A stretch of DNA of 64,000 nt from Cenococcum geophilum (taxonomy: Eukaryota): the NCBI GenBank assembly GCA_050273025.1, contig CP158635.1, positions 2,976,001 to 3,040,000 of the forward strand. Direction: 5' to 3'. How positions within the stretch are numbered: position 1 is the stretch's first letter; each line of letters begins with the position of its first letter. The notes under the pieces are model-generated. The model searched no databases. It had not been told where the DNA came from and was given only the letters and a program-made list of their open reading frames with translations. The position numbers were made by a program, and so were the translations under genes. Shown here in pieces: positions 26,888 to 39,615 of the stretch.

Positions 26888-29800
26888 TATTATTCATTAC
26901 TTAACGTCCGATTTGGATCCCTATTAGGCCTACGCGGACTACTCCTTATATATATATGGGGAGAAAACTCTATTTAAGAAAACCCTATAATCTATCTCCC
27001 CGCCTTTTGGGACTCGCCTATAAGGCGCCTATGAGGCGCCTACAAGTTACCTATGGTGCTCTACTACCTTACTTTTTAACCTTCTTAGGAACCACTGCTG
27101 CCGTAATAAGCCTACGGACGCGCTAGTATCGCAAACTTTACTCTATCACTGTAGAGTTATTAGAGGGCGCCCGTTACTCGCCCCCCCTACCCTCTATTGC
27201 CATTTCCTTTATAACCCAGAACTGGTTTAGTATATTTTAGCTAATAAGCCACTAAGTAACCGCCTTAAGGCCTTTTTATATTAAGAGTAGTATATTATAG
27301 TTCTCTATGCCAGCTACTAAGAGTATTGCTTCTTAGTTAGTGCATAAGGGGCATAACAGTATTATATATTTTGGTGTTTATCTTAGCCAGCCACATTCGC
27401 ATCTCGGGCTACCTACTAGGACACCCACCTAGTAGAGCCAGTCTTTTAGTCCTATTATTCCTATTCTTAAGAGTGTTGCTATTATATTTTCTACCTTCGT
27501 TAGGCCTTCTCGGAGCCCTAGAGTGTTTACCCCCTATAGCGTTAACCATGCTATAGCTTAGGTTCCTCTTGCCTTAGTCAGCCTCTATACCTTTAACTCC
27601 TATACGCCTCTCTAGCGTTGGTCCAGCCAGTATTATATTGCGGTAGATAGTTTCCTAGCATTCTTTTATACTCTACTTTTGCTCCTTTCTCTCTCTTGCT
27701 ATTATCTTTGCTAGCCTCTTACGCGTTTCCCTTTCTCCTCTATATAGGCCTGGGCCCTAAAGCAGCACCATTTTTCTTCTACTTTCTTTACCTGTTTCTC
27801 TAATATATCTTCCCTACTTTGGGGTTATTGGTTTATTCTCCTATAGGGCGCCCTAGGGTTCCTCCATAGTTTATTTAGGCGTGTTTTAATATACTTTATA
27901 ATATTAGAGTTACATTCGTTTTGCGCCCTTTATATTATAGCGGCTTCAATATATAGTTATAAGAGGGGAATATTAGCTTCCTTTTTAAGCAGTGCTGTAG
28001 CCGTTCGCTTATATCCGCCTATTATACTCCAGAGGTAGGCTGTTTAAACCTTTTAGAGTAGTTTAAGGAGCGATTTAGGGGGGCCTTTCTCAGATTCTCC
28101 AATGGCCTAAATACTGGACCTATACGTTATGGTTAGCCGGACAACTGCTATATATAGTAGGCGTGACCTCTAAAAGTATGGACCCTATATAGAATTAACA
28201 ATCCTAGATAATATAATATACTATACTTAGCCCTTATAGGCCGCTTACGCCGTATATACGCTCTACTAGAGCTTACTATCTACCTATACTCCTAATACCC
28301 TTAAACCCTAAACTAGTTAACCCCTAAAGCCTTAGATGCGGATTATATACTAAAGATCTGTAGATTAGTTGCGTTTTCTTATAAAGTAAATTAGCTAGTA
28401 TTTCTCTAGTAAAAATTAGACTCTATATTATCTTGCCTATTCTATATAGGTGTTATAAGCTTTCTCTAGTGTTCTGCAATTTTCTGCGGCTGTTGGCCTG
28501 TATATAATTAGGTTTGTATTGTTAACAAAGCCTATCCCCTAGGTCGCCCCTTCCTTAAAGGAGTTAAGCAGGTTGCTTATAAAGAAAAGGAAGAGTATAG
28601 GCGAGAGGGGTAATCCTTATGGTATTCCTGTTATAACTGCGATAGGGGGGCTCTAGTATCCGCTAAAGACTAGTAATATTTCTTTCTAACCTATAAACCC
28701 TTAAACAAATTGTATAATCTATTCTAGAAAGCCTTTTACCCTAAGGATGTATAGGAGACGCTTATAGGGTATGTTATTATAGGCGCCGCTAATATCTAGG
28801 CTAAGCATTAATACTATAAAGTCCCTTCGCATCGCCTATGCGGATTTAATGGTGGCAGCGAGTAGCGTAAGTGCTAATAGTGTTAAGCGGTTTTTTCTTG
28901 CCCCCATTTGGCTTTATAGTAGTAGGTTATATTCCTTAGCCGTGTCTACTATATGGTCCGCTATTACCTTTTCTAAGATCTTGCTAAGGGTGTTTTCTAA
29001 GGCAATAGGGCGGTAGCTTCCTAGGATTAAGTAATCTGCTTTACCTTCTTTCTATAAAATAACCGTTGTTATAGCTCTTCTAAGTTGCGGGTAGTAGCCT
29101 ATAGCAAAGTATACCCTAGCTATATCTGTAAGCTAGGGTGCTATAAATAGTCTACATATTTTTAAGGCCTTATTTAGAATCCCATCTAGTCCTAGTGCTA
29201 TATTATTTAAAAGGCGGCTAATAGTTTTAGCCATTTCCTCTGTTGTTATATCGCTGTTAACCCTTAGGCAAGTTACTGGTGTTTTACCCGTAATATTGCT
29301 AAGGTCTACTAGAGCTGGTTAGGGGAAGAACCTTTCTATAAGGATCTTTACCTTCTTATCGTTATTATTAGTAGCCTGTAATTCCCCTGCTCTTTGTAGG
29401 GGTAGTAAGTATAGGTCTTCTACTAGGCGCCCTACCTTTTTCTTTACCCATTTTGCTATAGCCCAAAGGCCCTTATTATAGGGGAGGCTTGGGTTAAAAG
29501 TATGCTCATTTATAAACCGTCTCCAGTTATTCCTTACTTCTTTCTTTAGGGTATTCTTTAACTGGTTTCTCGTGTCTTTATATTGTCTCTCGTCTTTAGG
29601 GTTGTGGCTACTTATATATTTCCTTCTTGCTCATCGTTAGCTAGCAATAAGAACCGCGCATTATGCGGACCATGCGTATCGCGCGTAGGGGCCTAGTTTT
29701 GAGACTAGGCAATACTCTTCTAGCCCGTTTTTAATCGCTGCCTGGATCCTTTCTAGTCTTTGGTCAATTTCCTTAGGGGTGGCTAATAAGCCTCGCTCGT

Positions 29801-30159
29801 TTAGAATTAGGTAGATTTCTTCTAGGTCTTAAAGTTGTTATTTAACTGTATTAAGGAAACTGTTTATCTTAAGCTTCCTTATTGCGTATCATTTGCTACT
29901 TAGTTGCGCCTTAATATCCAAATCTAGCTGTATCTAGATGGGGATATAGTCTAAGGCGAGTACCCATTCTTCTTCGGGGTTACACCTTTTAAGTCTCTGG
30001 TATAGGCCTTCGTCCATAAATATGAGGTCAATTATACTTCTAGAGGTTCCTTGTTGCCATGTAGTTACTCCTAGGGGGGTAGCCAACTTAAGGCCCCAGG
30101 TGTCTATAGCTCTTAGTAGGCACTCTGCCTGTCGATCAGCAGCAACATAGATACCCCCC
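26888..30159 (-). mobile_element. Tad1-like LINE, 5'-truncated within the APE endonuclease domain
   Basis: TSD attacactattattat at 26872-26887 and 30160-30175; (TAA)n tail; RT motifs SYRPIALENTLSKILE, SLDISGAY, GIP*GLPLSPILFLF, GFVNN (FVDD); C-terminal Cys/His motif. Confidence 0.92.
27130..30159 (-). pseudogene. LINE ORF2 (partial endonuclease, reverse transcriptase, zinc finger)
   Basis: Motifs as above; includes ORF 29934-30161 (TTWQQGTSRSIIDLIF). Confidence 0.88.
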
Positions 30160-30351
30160 ATTACACTATTATTATGCTATTATTATAATTTTTTATAATT
30201 ATAAATATTATTACGCTATCGTTTTGCGGTAAAAAATATTAATAATAATTATAAGTATAAGTATAATATATAAGTATATTTTATAAATTTATACTTACTT
30301 AAATATTAACTAAAATTTTATATTAATAGTATTATTATATATTAATTTTAT

Positions 30352-32161
30352 TGTCGGTATTACCTAAGTGCACTTGATTGGCCTATTAACTGATAAATTA
30401 ATTCTTATCTAATAGGTATTAAAAGCAGAGGATTGTAAGGATCGCGGTGCCTAAGTAGGGGGCTAATGAGTTACTATAAGGGTAACTAATTAGAGACGTA
30501 ACTACGTAACCTCTGTCTATATATTCCTGTCTATATATTCCAACACTAGCAGTTCTTTCTTTATACTTATAGCGTTATAGAAAGGCAGTAAGGCAGTAAG
30601 GTGGTAAGGTAGTAAGGCAGCAAGGTAGCAAGGTATCGGTTTAGCTAAAGGTAAAAGGCAGCACGAGGTAATGGTGGTACTGTAGGCGGAGCAGCAGTTA
30701 TCGATTGTATTACTGTAGGTGGAGCAGTAGAAGTTAATTGTGGTGCTATAGGAAGGCAGCAAGGTATTGGTTTAGCTGTAGGTAAAAGCAGTAAAAGTCT
30801 GTTTGGGTGGTAGTACGGTACTAGCGGCGGTAGTGATAGTGGTTAAGTATAGAGCTTGTCTATTAGTTAGTCGGTTAATTATAGGCATATAGGCACGATT
30901 ATTTGGTCAGTAGATCGCAGGCATATAGGCACAATTATTTAGTTAGTAGATCGTAGGCGTGTCGGCGCGATTAGTATCGTAATAGCAGGCATAGCGGCGC
31001 TATTAGTTTATCGATAGTATGTGGCAGTACGGTGCTAGCGCAGGGTCGGTTCCGTAGGTAAATTGGCATAGAGTCTTATTATAGGGTTGGTTCGCAGGCA
31101 TATTGGCATAGCAGCCGCAGATACTGGCAGTTCTTTTCTTTATGCGTAAAACCACCAATATATAGACTCTGTTAATGTGGTATTCGTAGCTTATAAAGGC
31201 CGTAGGAGGGAAAGGGACGCGCTGGCGTTTGGGGCGCGTTGTTGACGTGATTTTCGACGTGGCAGATCTGCAAGGAAGGTAGTAGACGGTGTTGGGGTTG
31301 TAGGGGGTGCTGCTAATGCTGCTGGGTTATGGGATGCTGCTAACGCTACTGGGTTGTTGGGTATTGGGTGCTGCTAACGCTGCTAGGTTATGGGATGCTG
31401 CTATAACGCTGCTGGGTTGTTGGGTATTTGGTGCTGCTAACGCTGCTAGGTTGCTATAACGCTAGAGTACTATACGAGGCTGTTAGGTATTGATTTTTAT
31501 GCTATAACGCGTACTAGGTAATGGTTTGCTGCTAGGTTGTGTTGTTATACTAGGGTACTGCGTAAAGCTGTTGGGTAGTTAGATACTGCGCGAGGCTGTT
31601 AGGTTGCTGTAACGCTGGATGCTATATAAGCTGGTATGCTGTATAAGTGCTGCTAAGGTAGCTGCTGAGGTAGCTGCTAATAGGGTACTGCCCGAGGGCT
31701 GTTAGGTGTTAGGTGCTATTGAAAAGCTAGGGGTACTGGCACTTAGTGAAGAGGTTGTACTAGGTATTAATTTACGTGCTGTAGAATGTCTTATGCGTTA
31801 CGTATTTGTGTATATTCTAAGCTGGCTAGAATTAGATGCTGCTGGAGCTGCTAGGTACTAGTTTTACTGCTAGGTACTGGAATACTGCTTATGATTAAAT
31901 GAAGCTGCTGGGGCGGCAGTGAACCTTGTTGCTCTATAGCCAACCGGTGAGGTTGACTATTAATTAATGTCGGTATTACCTAAGTGCACTTAATTGGCCT
32001 ATTAACTGATGAATTGATTCTTATCTAATAGGTATCGAAAGTAGAGGATTGTAAGGATCGCGGTGCCTAAGTAGGGGGCTGATAAGTCACTATAAGGGTG
32101 ACTAATTAGAGACGTAACTATATAACCTCTGTCCATATATTCCTGTCTATATATTCCGACA
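30352..32161. mobile_element. Non-autonomous LTR retroelement (TRIM/LARD-like), 1.8 kb
   Basis: 194-bp LTRs at 30352-30545 and 31968-32161 with TGTCGG..CC(G/A)ACA ends; TSD TTTAT; internal region is low-complexity repeats with no gag/pol motif seen. Confidence 0.88.
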
Positions 32162-33471
32162 TTTATATATAGAAATAATTTATTATATATGTTTAAATAT
32201 ATTAAAAATATAAAAAGTATAAAAATATAAACTTTTAAGTAGTAAATAGTTTATTTATTACTAATTTTAGTATAAACTTAGCATATTTATTAAATTTTAA
32301 ATATATATATTATTTTATTATTTTATTTTATATATTTATTTTAAATATATTAAATTATTATATTGCAAAGTTTTTTTATTAAATTATTTGTTAAGGCGGT
32401 GTTATTTAAAGATAAAGAGCGTCTCGCTTGGGGGGGTGTCTCGCTTTTTAGGGTCCTACGTTATACGGTAGCGGGGATGAATAGATAGGACGGCACGTCC
32501 TAATCGAATACCCCAACTTTAAGGATCTGAGGAAAGCAGTCTGGCCGTTTAATAGCTAACCTTAGAGCTATAAATCGATCTTAAACCTAGTATGGTTAGT
32601 AAAGAAAGCAGTATAATATATGGTACAAATAGGCCTCTTAGGGCAGTTTCTGGAGGCCAGGAATAGACTTAAAGTGACTAACTAAGTCTCTTAGTGGTAG
32701 ATACGTTATATGCGACATTGGCGGAAGACGGATAGTATTAAAGCAAGAACTCTAGGCCCTGTAAAATAGGCCTGGCTCTAATATACGGTATGGAACGGAG
32801 GTAATTTGGGCACTTACTACTTTTTAATTATTTGATTTTGATTATCTCTTTTGTATAGGAACTTACCCTGCTTACATATGTCTTTATAATTGTATTACGA
32901 TAGCGTTCTTTTCTAGTTCCCTTGTATTTTAGATATTTGCTTCTCTCCTGGGCACTATATACCTATAGCACGTGGTAGATAGGCGGACGAGGGCCTTACA
33001 GAATCACTGCTGTAGGTAAGACGGGTGATTACCTAGGATCTACCTCTGTAAAATAGAAGACCCGGCATAGCGCCCTTAGGGCAGCTAAAACGGTGTATAA
33101 TTTAAAAAAAAAAACGTTATACGGTATATAGTTAAATGGTATAATTTTGTAGCTGCCGCGATATATTTAACCATCCAGTTAAATAGAAAAGCTATTAGAA
33201 TTTAATAGAGCTGTTATTAAGGAATTCTTTTAGGTATAAAAGGCAGATATAAGTAATATAAGCGCGGTAGGCATTTGATTTGTATGGTAAGATGTTCTAC
33301 CCCATACTGGCTCGAGCCTCGTTCCGGAAAATTCCTGCGTTATACTAAAATTAATCGTCTTTAAAAAGGAACGATTCGTGTATCGGTTTTATCGTCTTAA
33401 TTCCAGAACAAATGCTTTATTCCGGAAAAGATCTTTAAAAGATTAGGCTAATTATAAGGCGGTATAGCAGC

Positions 33472-36400
33472 CAGCGCTGCCAACAATTAAATATCCTAAT
33501 TAATTGGCGGGATATTTAATTGATTGACGCACGGGCTATATTTGATTGAAGCTAGCCTAATTGACGGCTAATTTAATTGAACTTCTAATCAATTATTTGG
33601 CTAGGGGGTTGTCCTAGCAACGTGCCGCGATACAGTGGCAGAAAGAACAAAAGGTAAGATATTAAGCTCATTAATTGCAAGAATTTACTAGAATTCGCTT
33701 TAATTTATAAGATCTACCTTTAGCCAGTGCCTCTAACACTTACTAGCCTCTATAACCTCTGCTCCTAAGTAATTTCGCTTATTTGTAATAAGCCTTTTAG
33801 CCGCTAAAAACACGCGTTTTACCTTACTACTTATTGCTAGTATTAAGAATATGTTAAATGCCATACGTGTAAGGATAGGAAAGTTAGTTTAATGCTCCTT
33901 CTACTATATAAGCGGGTCCTTAATTAATAGAAGCCGGCAATTAAAAGACCTTAGATAGGTATTAAGCTCCAGACTATCCATATCCTTCTTCTTCTACTTA
34001 TAATACTTCCGTAATAGGTAATTAACTAAGAATTCGTCGTATGCAAGGTGGGAAGATTTTGCATTATTTAGCTAATTCTTAAAGTTAAAGGCGGAATTAA
34101 CATTAGGAACCTTTTTATAATAACTTAGGAAAAGGTCTTTAAATGCCTTCCTTGCGGTCTTAACCCAACTTGGATGCTCTGCCTACTTATCCTTAAAGTA
34201 CTCAAATCGCCGTATAGGGTAAAGGACAATAGCTATAACGTAAAGAGGTGAGAAATCTATTAGCTTAAAGTACTTCTTAAGCTTTAGCTAGGCCGTGTTA
34301 ATACTAGTATTATAATACTTAGTTCGTTCAAAATCGGCATTTAACTTATTAATCTCCTTCTGCGCCTTCTTAAGAACATTATATATAAAGTTTATACTAT
34401 GGAGAACTCTCCATAGTATGCCATATTGTCCCTCTTTACTAACTTTCTATGCTTAATCTTCCTCTTATTCACAAAGCTCCTAAAAAGGAACTAGTATTTT
34501 TTACCACCTAATTAGGTCCTCCTAATCAGCCTCTTATAGAAAGTCTTGTTAAAGGTTATAGGCACCCTACTAGTTTAGAAGTTTCTAGCGGGTTTAGTAA
34601 AGGGTAATAGCAGTACGTAGTTTAATTGCTAGCATTTATTAATATAATAGCTAATATAAATTATAACAACTTAGACGAATAGCTCTGAACCAAGCTTTAA
34701 ATAATTGCTATCTTTATAATACTAAATTAAAGAGAAGAAGAAGGGGTTGTTAGGACCAATATAAACAAATATATACAGCTAACTACTAAGGCTTATTATG
34801 CAGTATGCCTAAGTTATATAGGTTGCTATAAGCGCTACTATAGGAATATACGGCATAAGTTGCCAGTTAGCAACTTATAGTGACTTATTACGGCCGCAAA
34901 GAGCCTAGAAATAGCGCGTAGTATGATACCCCTAGTAGTAACCAAGAATGGTAATATGCAATATAATAGCAATATGCGGCATAATGGCAATATACAGCAT
35001 AATAGCAATATGTAGCATATTGCGGCGATATGGCGGCAATGTGGCAAGTAATGTGCTCTAATACCGTTACATAAATAAAAGAGACAGGACATACCACGAG
35101 AAATTATAGCCTTAGTTAAATTCCACCGAATTCCTCTATCTGTAAAAAGCTGGTAATATTAGAAGTCTTCCTCCTAGTACTCTCTAAATGTTGTCATCCT
35201 TATTAAATTATAGTTAATATAGATATAGATATTATAGAGCTTACTAATTAGGCCTATACTATTCCAATTTTTAAATACTTTATCGTATAAAGCGCCAGCT
35301 AGCTTCCGCTTAAGCTTATTAACGCCCTTACTAAATAGTAAGGCCTTAATAACTAGGTTAATAATATAACTAAGACATCGCAGGCGTAAATAGCTAACAT
35401 TAATATTAAACCGAGTTGCTAGCTCCTTTAGCATAGTATCGTTATCTATAGCATTATCTATTATAAACGCCCTAAGATTCTAGCTAATCTTATAGTTATT
35501 AATAACATTAGCTATAATTTCTGCAATTAATTGGCCAGATTTTGCTCCATTTACTTTCCGGAAACCCAAAAGATAGTACTTAAGCTTATACTCCTTACTA
35601 ATAAAGTAAACGCATATCGCCATATACTCGTTACAATTTAGAAAGCACCAGCCATTAAGTAAGAGGTTGATTTTACTTTTTATATATAAAATCTTGTCCT
35701 TAATCTATATCTTCCTTAATTAAAATATATCTATTACCTAGCCCCTAATTATAGTATGTAAGGATAGAAGGATTGCTTTAATCTTAGGTTAGCTAGAAAT
35801 AAGAAGCTGTCGAAATTATATATTTTAAATAGTCGCAAAGCTAAGGTTATAGGTAATGATTATGTTAATAAGGTCCTTTTTATATTTAAGATCGTTAAAT
35901 GGCGGTAGAAGAAGACCACGTTGTGCAAAGCCTACGTAAGTAGAACTTTGTCCTTATAACAAGATAAAATTAAAATCCCCGCTGGCTCCAGTTATTCCAT
36001 AGGTCTTTTTTAAATAAGATGTAATTAATGAGGTAGAAACTGCATTAAAGAGCTAGGTACTATAAGCCTTTTTTTAATAGCAGCGCTTATAGAGCCAGAG
36101 CTTCTCGTAGTCCTTTGCTTATAAATTAGCTCCATACTAATAAACCCAAAAAACCTTTACCTTTGTATTTAGTACCCGTTTATTATATAAGCGATATTAT
36201 ATATCCTAAAGAAGCTGGCCGCGGTATTTAAGAGTATTAAATTAAATGTTAAAAGTGTAGGTATACGAGGTCTGAGTAGGCTAAGATGCTTCTAAGGTAG
36301 TCTTAAGTAAATTAGAATTAGATAATTAAGAAATTTCGTTAATATCCGAACTTATATTATCCTTAGAAGGTAATAAAGTCATTATATAAGATAATGGTAA

Positions 36401-36587
36401 GCAATCTAAAAATTTTAAAGAAACCGGATAAACTATTAACCAAGGCCATTAATTAATCATTAATTATTTAACCTCGGTTTAATTATTTAATTGGCTTAAT
36501 TAATATCTAATCTCGTATTTAATTGATTGGACTAACGCTCGGACTAATTAAACTTCCAATCAAATCTGTTAATTGTTAGCAGCACTG
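33472..36587 (-). mobile_element. hAT DNA transposon
   Basis: TIR cag(c/t)gctgc(c/t)aacaattaa; 8-bp TSD ATAGCAGC; subterminal aattgattg-type repeats. Confidence 0.93.
33715..36382 (-). pseudogene. hAT transposase with a 466-bp intron (34629-35094)
   Basis: BED-like N-terminus, RLRCLSYIINL (CxxH), IRWNLT..IISR|AIKLR, dimerisation domain FPILTRMAFNIFLILAISSKVKRVFLAA. Confidence 0.9.
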
Positions 36588-37773
36588 ATAGCAGCGCAAG
36601 GCTTATTATAAATCGTAAAGCTCTTTAAAATATATTATACTAATAAGTTTAGTTTTCTTCCCCTCTTAATCTAATTGGTAAATCGTTATCGTATAATGTC
36701 CAGAATAGGCTTAAATTACCCTAACCATGCGTATACGATGTCGCTAAAACGGCTAGTTGATAAGCCTAAGTTTAGTAGTTGGTTTATATTTTATAACTAA
36801 GTGTAAGGTATTTTATAGAGCTCTCGTAGAAGCCTCCTAAGGTGTTAATTTTCTTATTGCGATTACCCGATTAGGACTAGCGCAGGGGCTCTAAAAATTA
36901 AACTTCGCAAGCTTTATCATCTGTTAAATTTTCTTATTAGTCCTTCCTTATTTACCACCTCTATATATAACTTAATTAGATCCTTAATAAGATGCACATT
37001 TTATCTGTAAGTTCTAAATATATATTAACTTAATTGCTAGCTTAAATCTAACACCAGAAATAGCAATATTAACCTCCGCAACTACCTCCGCAACCACCTC
37101 CGCACGTAATGCAATTGCCTCTCCTTCTACTGCAGATAACTTCTATAACGTCTCTTACGCTATTTCTGCCTTCTTAGTTATAGTAAAGCCTGCCTTTACT
37201 AAGTATCTAGAAGAAACTAGAGTTAACTTAATAAAGCGCGTCACCCAGTCTAAATACGATAATCTTATTTCCTAGCTTATAGATCTAAATTGTATAGCCC
37301 GCTTATAGAAAGAACGCAACGCTAAATTAAAGGCTAAGCAACGGTGATATATAAGAGAGGATATTTACCTAGAGCTGTAAGGTCTTTAGAGGCGCCTAAT
37401 AGGGCCTAATAAGTGGGCCTTAAAGGTGGTTCCTGAGCTGGATATTTACAATATAATTATAAGGAAGTATAGCGATGTTAAATACTTAGGATAGAAGAAG
37501 ACTTACTATATAATTACGACCGAGTATTACGGTATAAGATCTATTAAAGTTAAATAGCTGCTTAAGCACTGTTGAATTTATAAGGAGTAAGTATTACTTT
37601 TAAAAAAAATCTTAGTTATATACGCATGCTAATATTCTTATAGAAAGGCTTCCTCTACTATAAGGCCTCCACTTAATATAATTGTCTCTTTAGCTCCCTT
37701 TAATCGCATTTAAGGCGATCTAATTAATATGCGCTTTAAGCCTGATGGCGAATATAAATGGATCCTATAGATA

Positions 37774-39615
37774 ACGTTTTATATAAGCGAGTGAGCTATA
37801 TAAGCGAGTGAGCCACCCTACTAAGAAATCACGACGCGTTAACTATTAACTACCATGAAATAACAACACAACCCTCAATCGAGCTATTAAGAAGGCAGGA
37901 TAGCCCTAGCTATCTCAGCTATTAAGTAAAACCAATTCCATAGCGTGCGATATGCTGCAGTAACTTACGATATCTCTCGAGCGACCCTTCAACGACGACG
38001 CGGTGGAACTCTCTCACGACGCGATTGCGAGGCCAATTTAAAGAAGCTCGCTAAGCTAGAAGAGGAGGCTATTACTGAGTATATTCTCGACCTAGATTTA
38101 CGAGGATTCGCGCCTTAGGTCATCCATGTAAGAGAAATGGCTAATTAACTACTCGCTGCGCGCTCTACTAGCTCTGCTAGTAAGGTCGGCATTAACTGGC
38201 TATATAACTACATACGGAGGACGCCTAAGATTAAATTATAATATAATTGGAAGTACGACTATCAGCAAGCTCTATGCGAGGATCCTAGGATTATCAAGCC
38301 CTGGTTTAACCTCGTGCGCAATTTTAAGGCGGAGTATAGCATATCTAACGGAGACACGTATAATTTTGATAAAGCTGGATTTTAGATAGGTGTTACAGCA
38401 ACTGCTAAAGTTATTACAGGCTCTGAGCGACGTATCCAGCCTAAAACTGTACAGCCAGGCAATTAAAAATGGGTTATAGTAATCTAGGGTGTAAATGCTC
38501 TAGGCTGGCCAATTCCACCGTTTATTATATTTGCTGGAAAGCACCACTATACTACCTAATTCTATAATATACTACAAGAATAGGCTATCGCGCTAAGCGA
38601 GAATGGCTGGACGACTAATCAGCTGGGTATTAAATGGCTAGAGTACTTTAATAGGCATACGCAGCATCGTACAGTAGGCACATATCGCCTACTAGTAATT
38701 GACGGTTATAAGAGCCATTAATCTCTTGAATTTTAACAGCTCTGCAAGCAGAAGAATATTCTTACGCTCTGCATGCCAGTATACGCGTTATATCTACTAC
38801 AGCTACTAGATATAGGCTACTTTACGCCTCTAAAGCGCGCGTATAGATAGTAGGTTGATAACCTAGTTCGCAACTATATCTTCCACGTTACAAAGCTTAA
38901 ATTTCTACCAGCATTTAAAGCAGCCTATAGTAACTCTATTACTAAGAGTAATATCCGTGTAAGATTTTAAGGTGTAGGCCTAGTCCCATTTGATCTAGAG
39001 GCTATACTCTTAAAGCTAGATATTAAGCTTTAAACGCCTATACCTCCTATAAAGGTTGCTCTATGGGAACCTAAAATACCTAGCAACGTTACTAAACTAG
39101 GCAGTTAAACAGCTCTACTACGTAGCCGAATTCAAAATCACCAGAATAGTTCACCTAGCTTAATGGTAGACTAGCTAAACCAGCTGTCTAAAGGTGCTGA
39201 GAAGATAATGCATAAAGCCACCCTAATGCGCGTATAGATAGCTAGCCTACAAAAAGCTAATGAGGCTCTATCGCAGCGTAAAAAGCGTAAAAAAAAGCGC
39301 TTATAAAAATAAGAGGTTCTTATAGTGGCAGAGGGTCTAGATTTAGTAGCTTAAGCTGATAAGCAGATAGAGGGGGAGACGCGTAAGGGCAAGCGGCGTA
39401 AAAGTGGGAACGCTTCACAGCAGAGGCGCTGTAGGCGCTGTAGGGAGACTGGACATAATTTAAGAACGTATAAATAGGCTAATAGTTAGTCTATCTAGCT
39501 GCTAGTAATTTATTATAGCGATAGATAGTAGTAGGTAGCTATTAGCTTTCAAGGTAGTTGAGTCTTAGTGGGGTGGCTCACTTGCTTATGTGGCTCACTC
39601 GCTTGTGTAAAACGT
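37774..39615 (+). mobile_element. Fot1/pogo-like DNA transposon, full length (1842 bp)
   Basis: TIR acgtttta.a.aagcgagtgagc.a.ataagc.agtgagccaccc; TA TSD; removing it restores the integrase frame. Confidence 0.95.
37855..39490 (+). pseudogene. Fot1/pogo transposase (HTH, CENP-B-type HTH, DDE, C-terminal zinc knuckle)
   Basis: EGRIALAI...YNFDKAGF*IG (NFDE.GF)...SENGWTTN...RLLVIDGYKSH...LQLLDIGYFTPLK...RRCRRCRETGHN. Confidence 0.93.

Larger units (their letters stand above)
26061..32461. mobile_element. pogo/Fot1-like TIR element (core ~1.3 kb, hyper-RIPped) carrying two nested retroelements
   Basis: TIRs a(t/c)gtaggacccta..aagcgagacacccccc.aagcgagac at both ends; TA on both flanks. Confidence 0.85.

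Noticed and set aside
34838..35097. Cys/Tyr-rich ORFs in the track
   Set aside because: They lie in the tandem repeats of the hAT intron.
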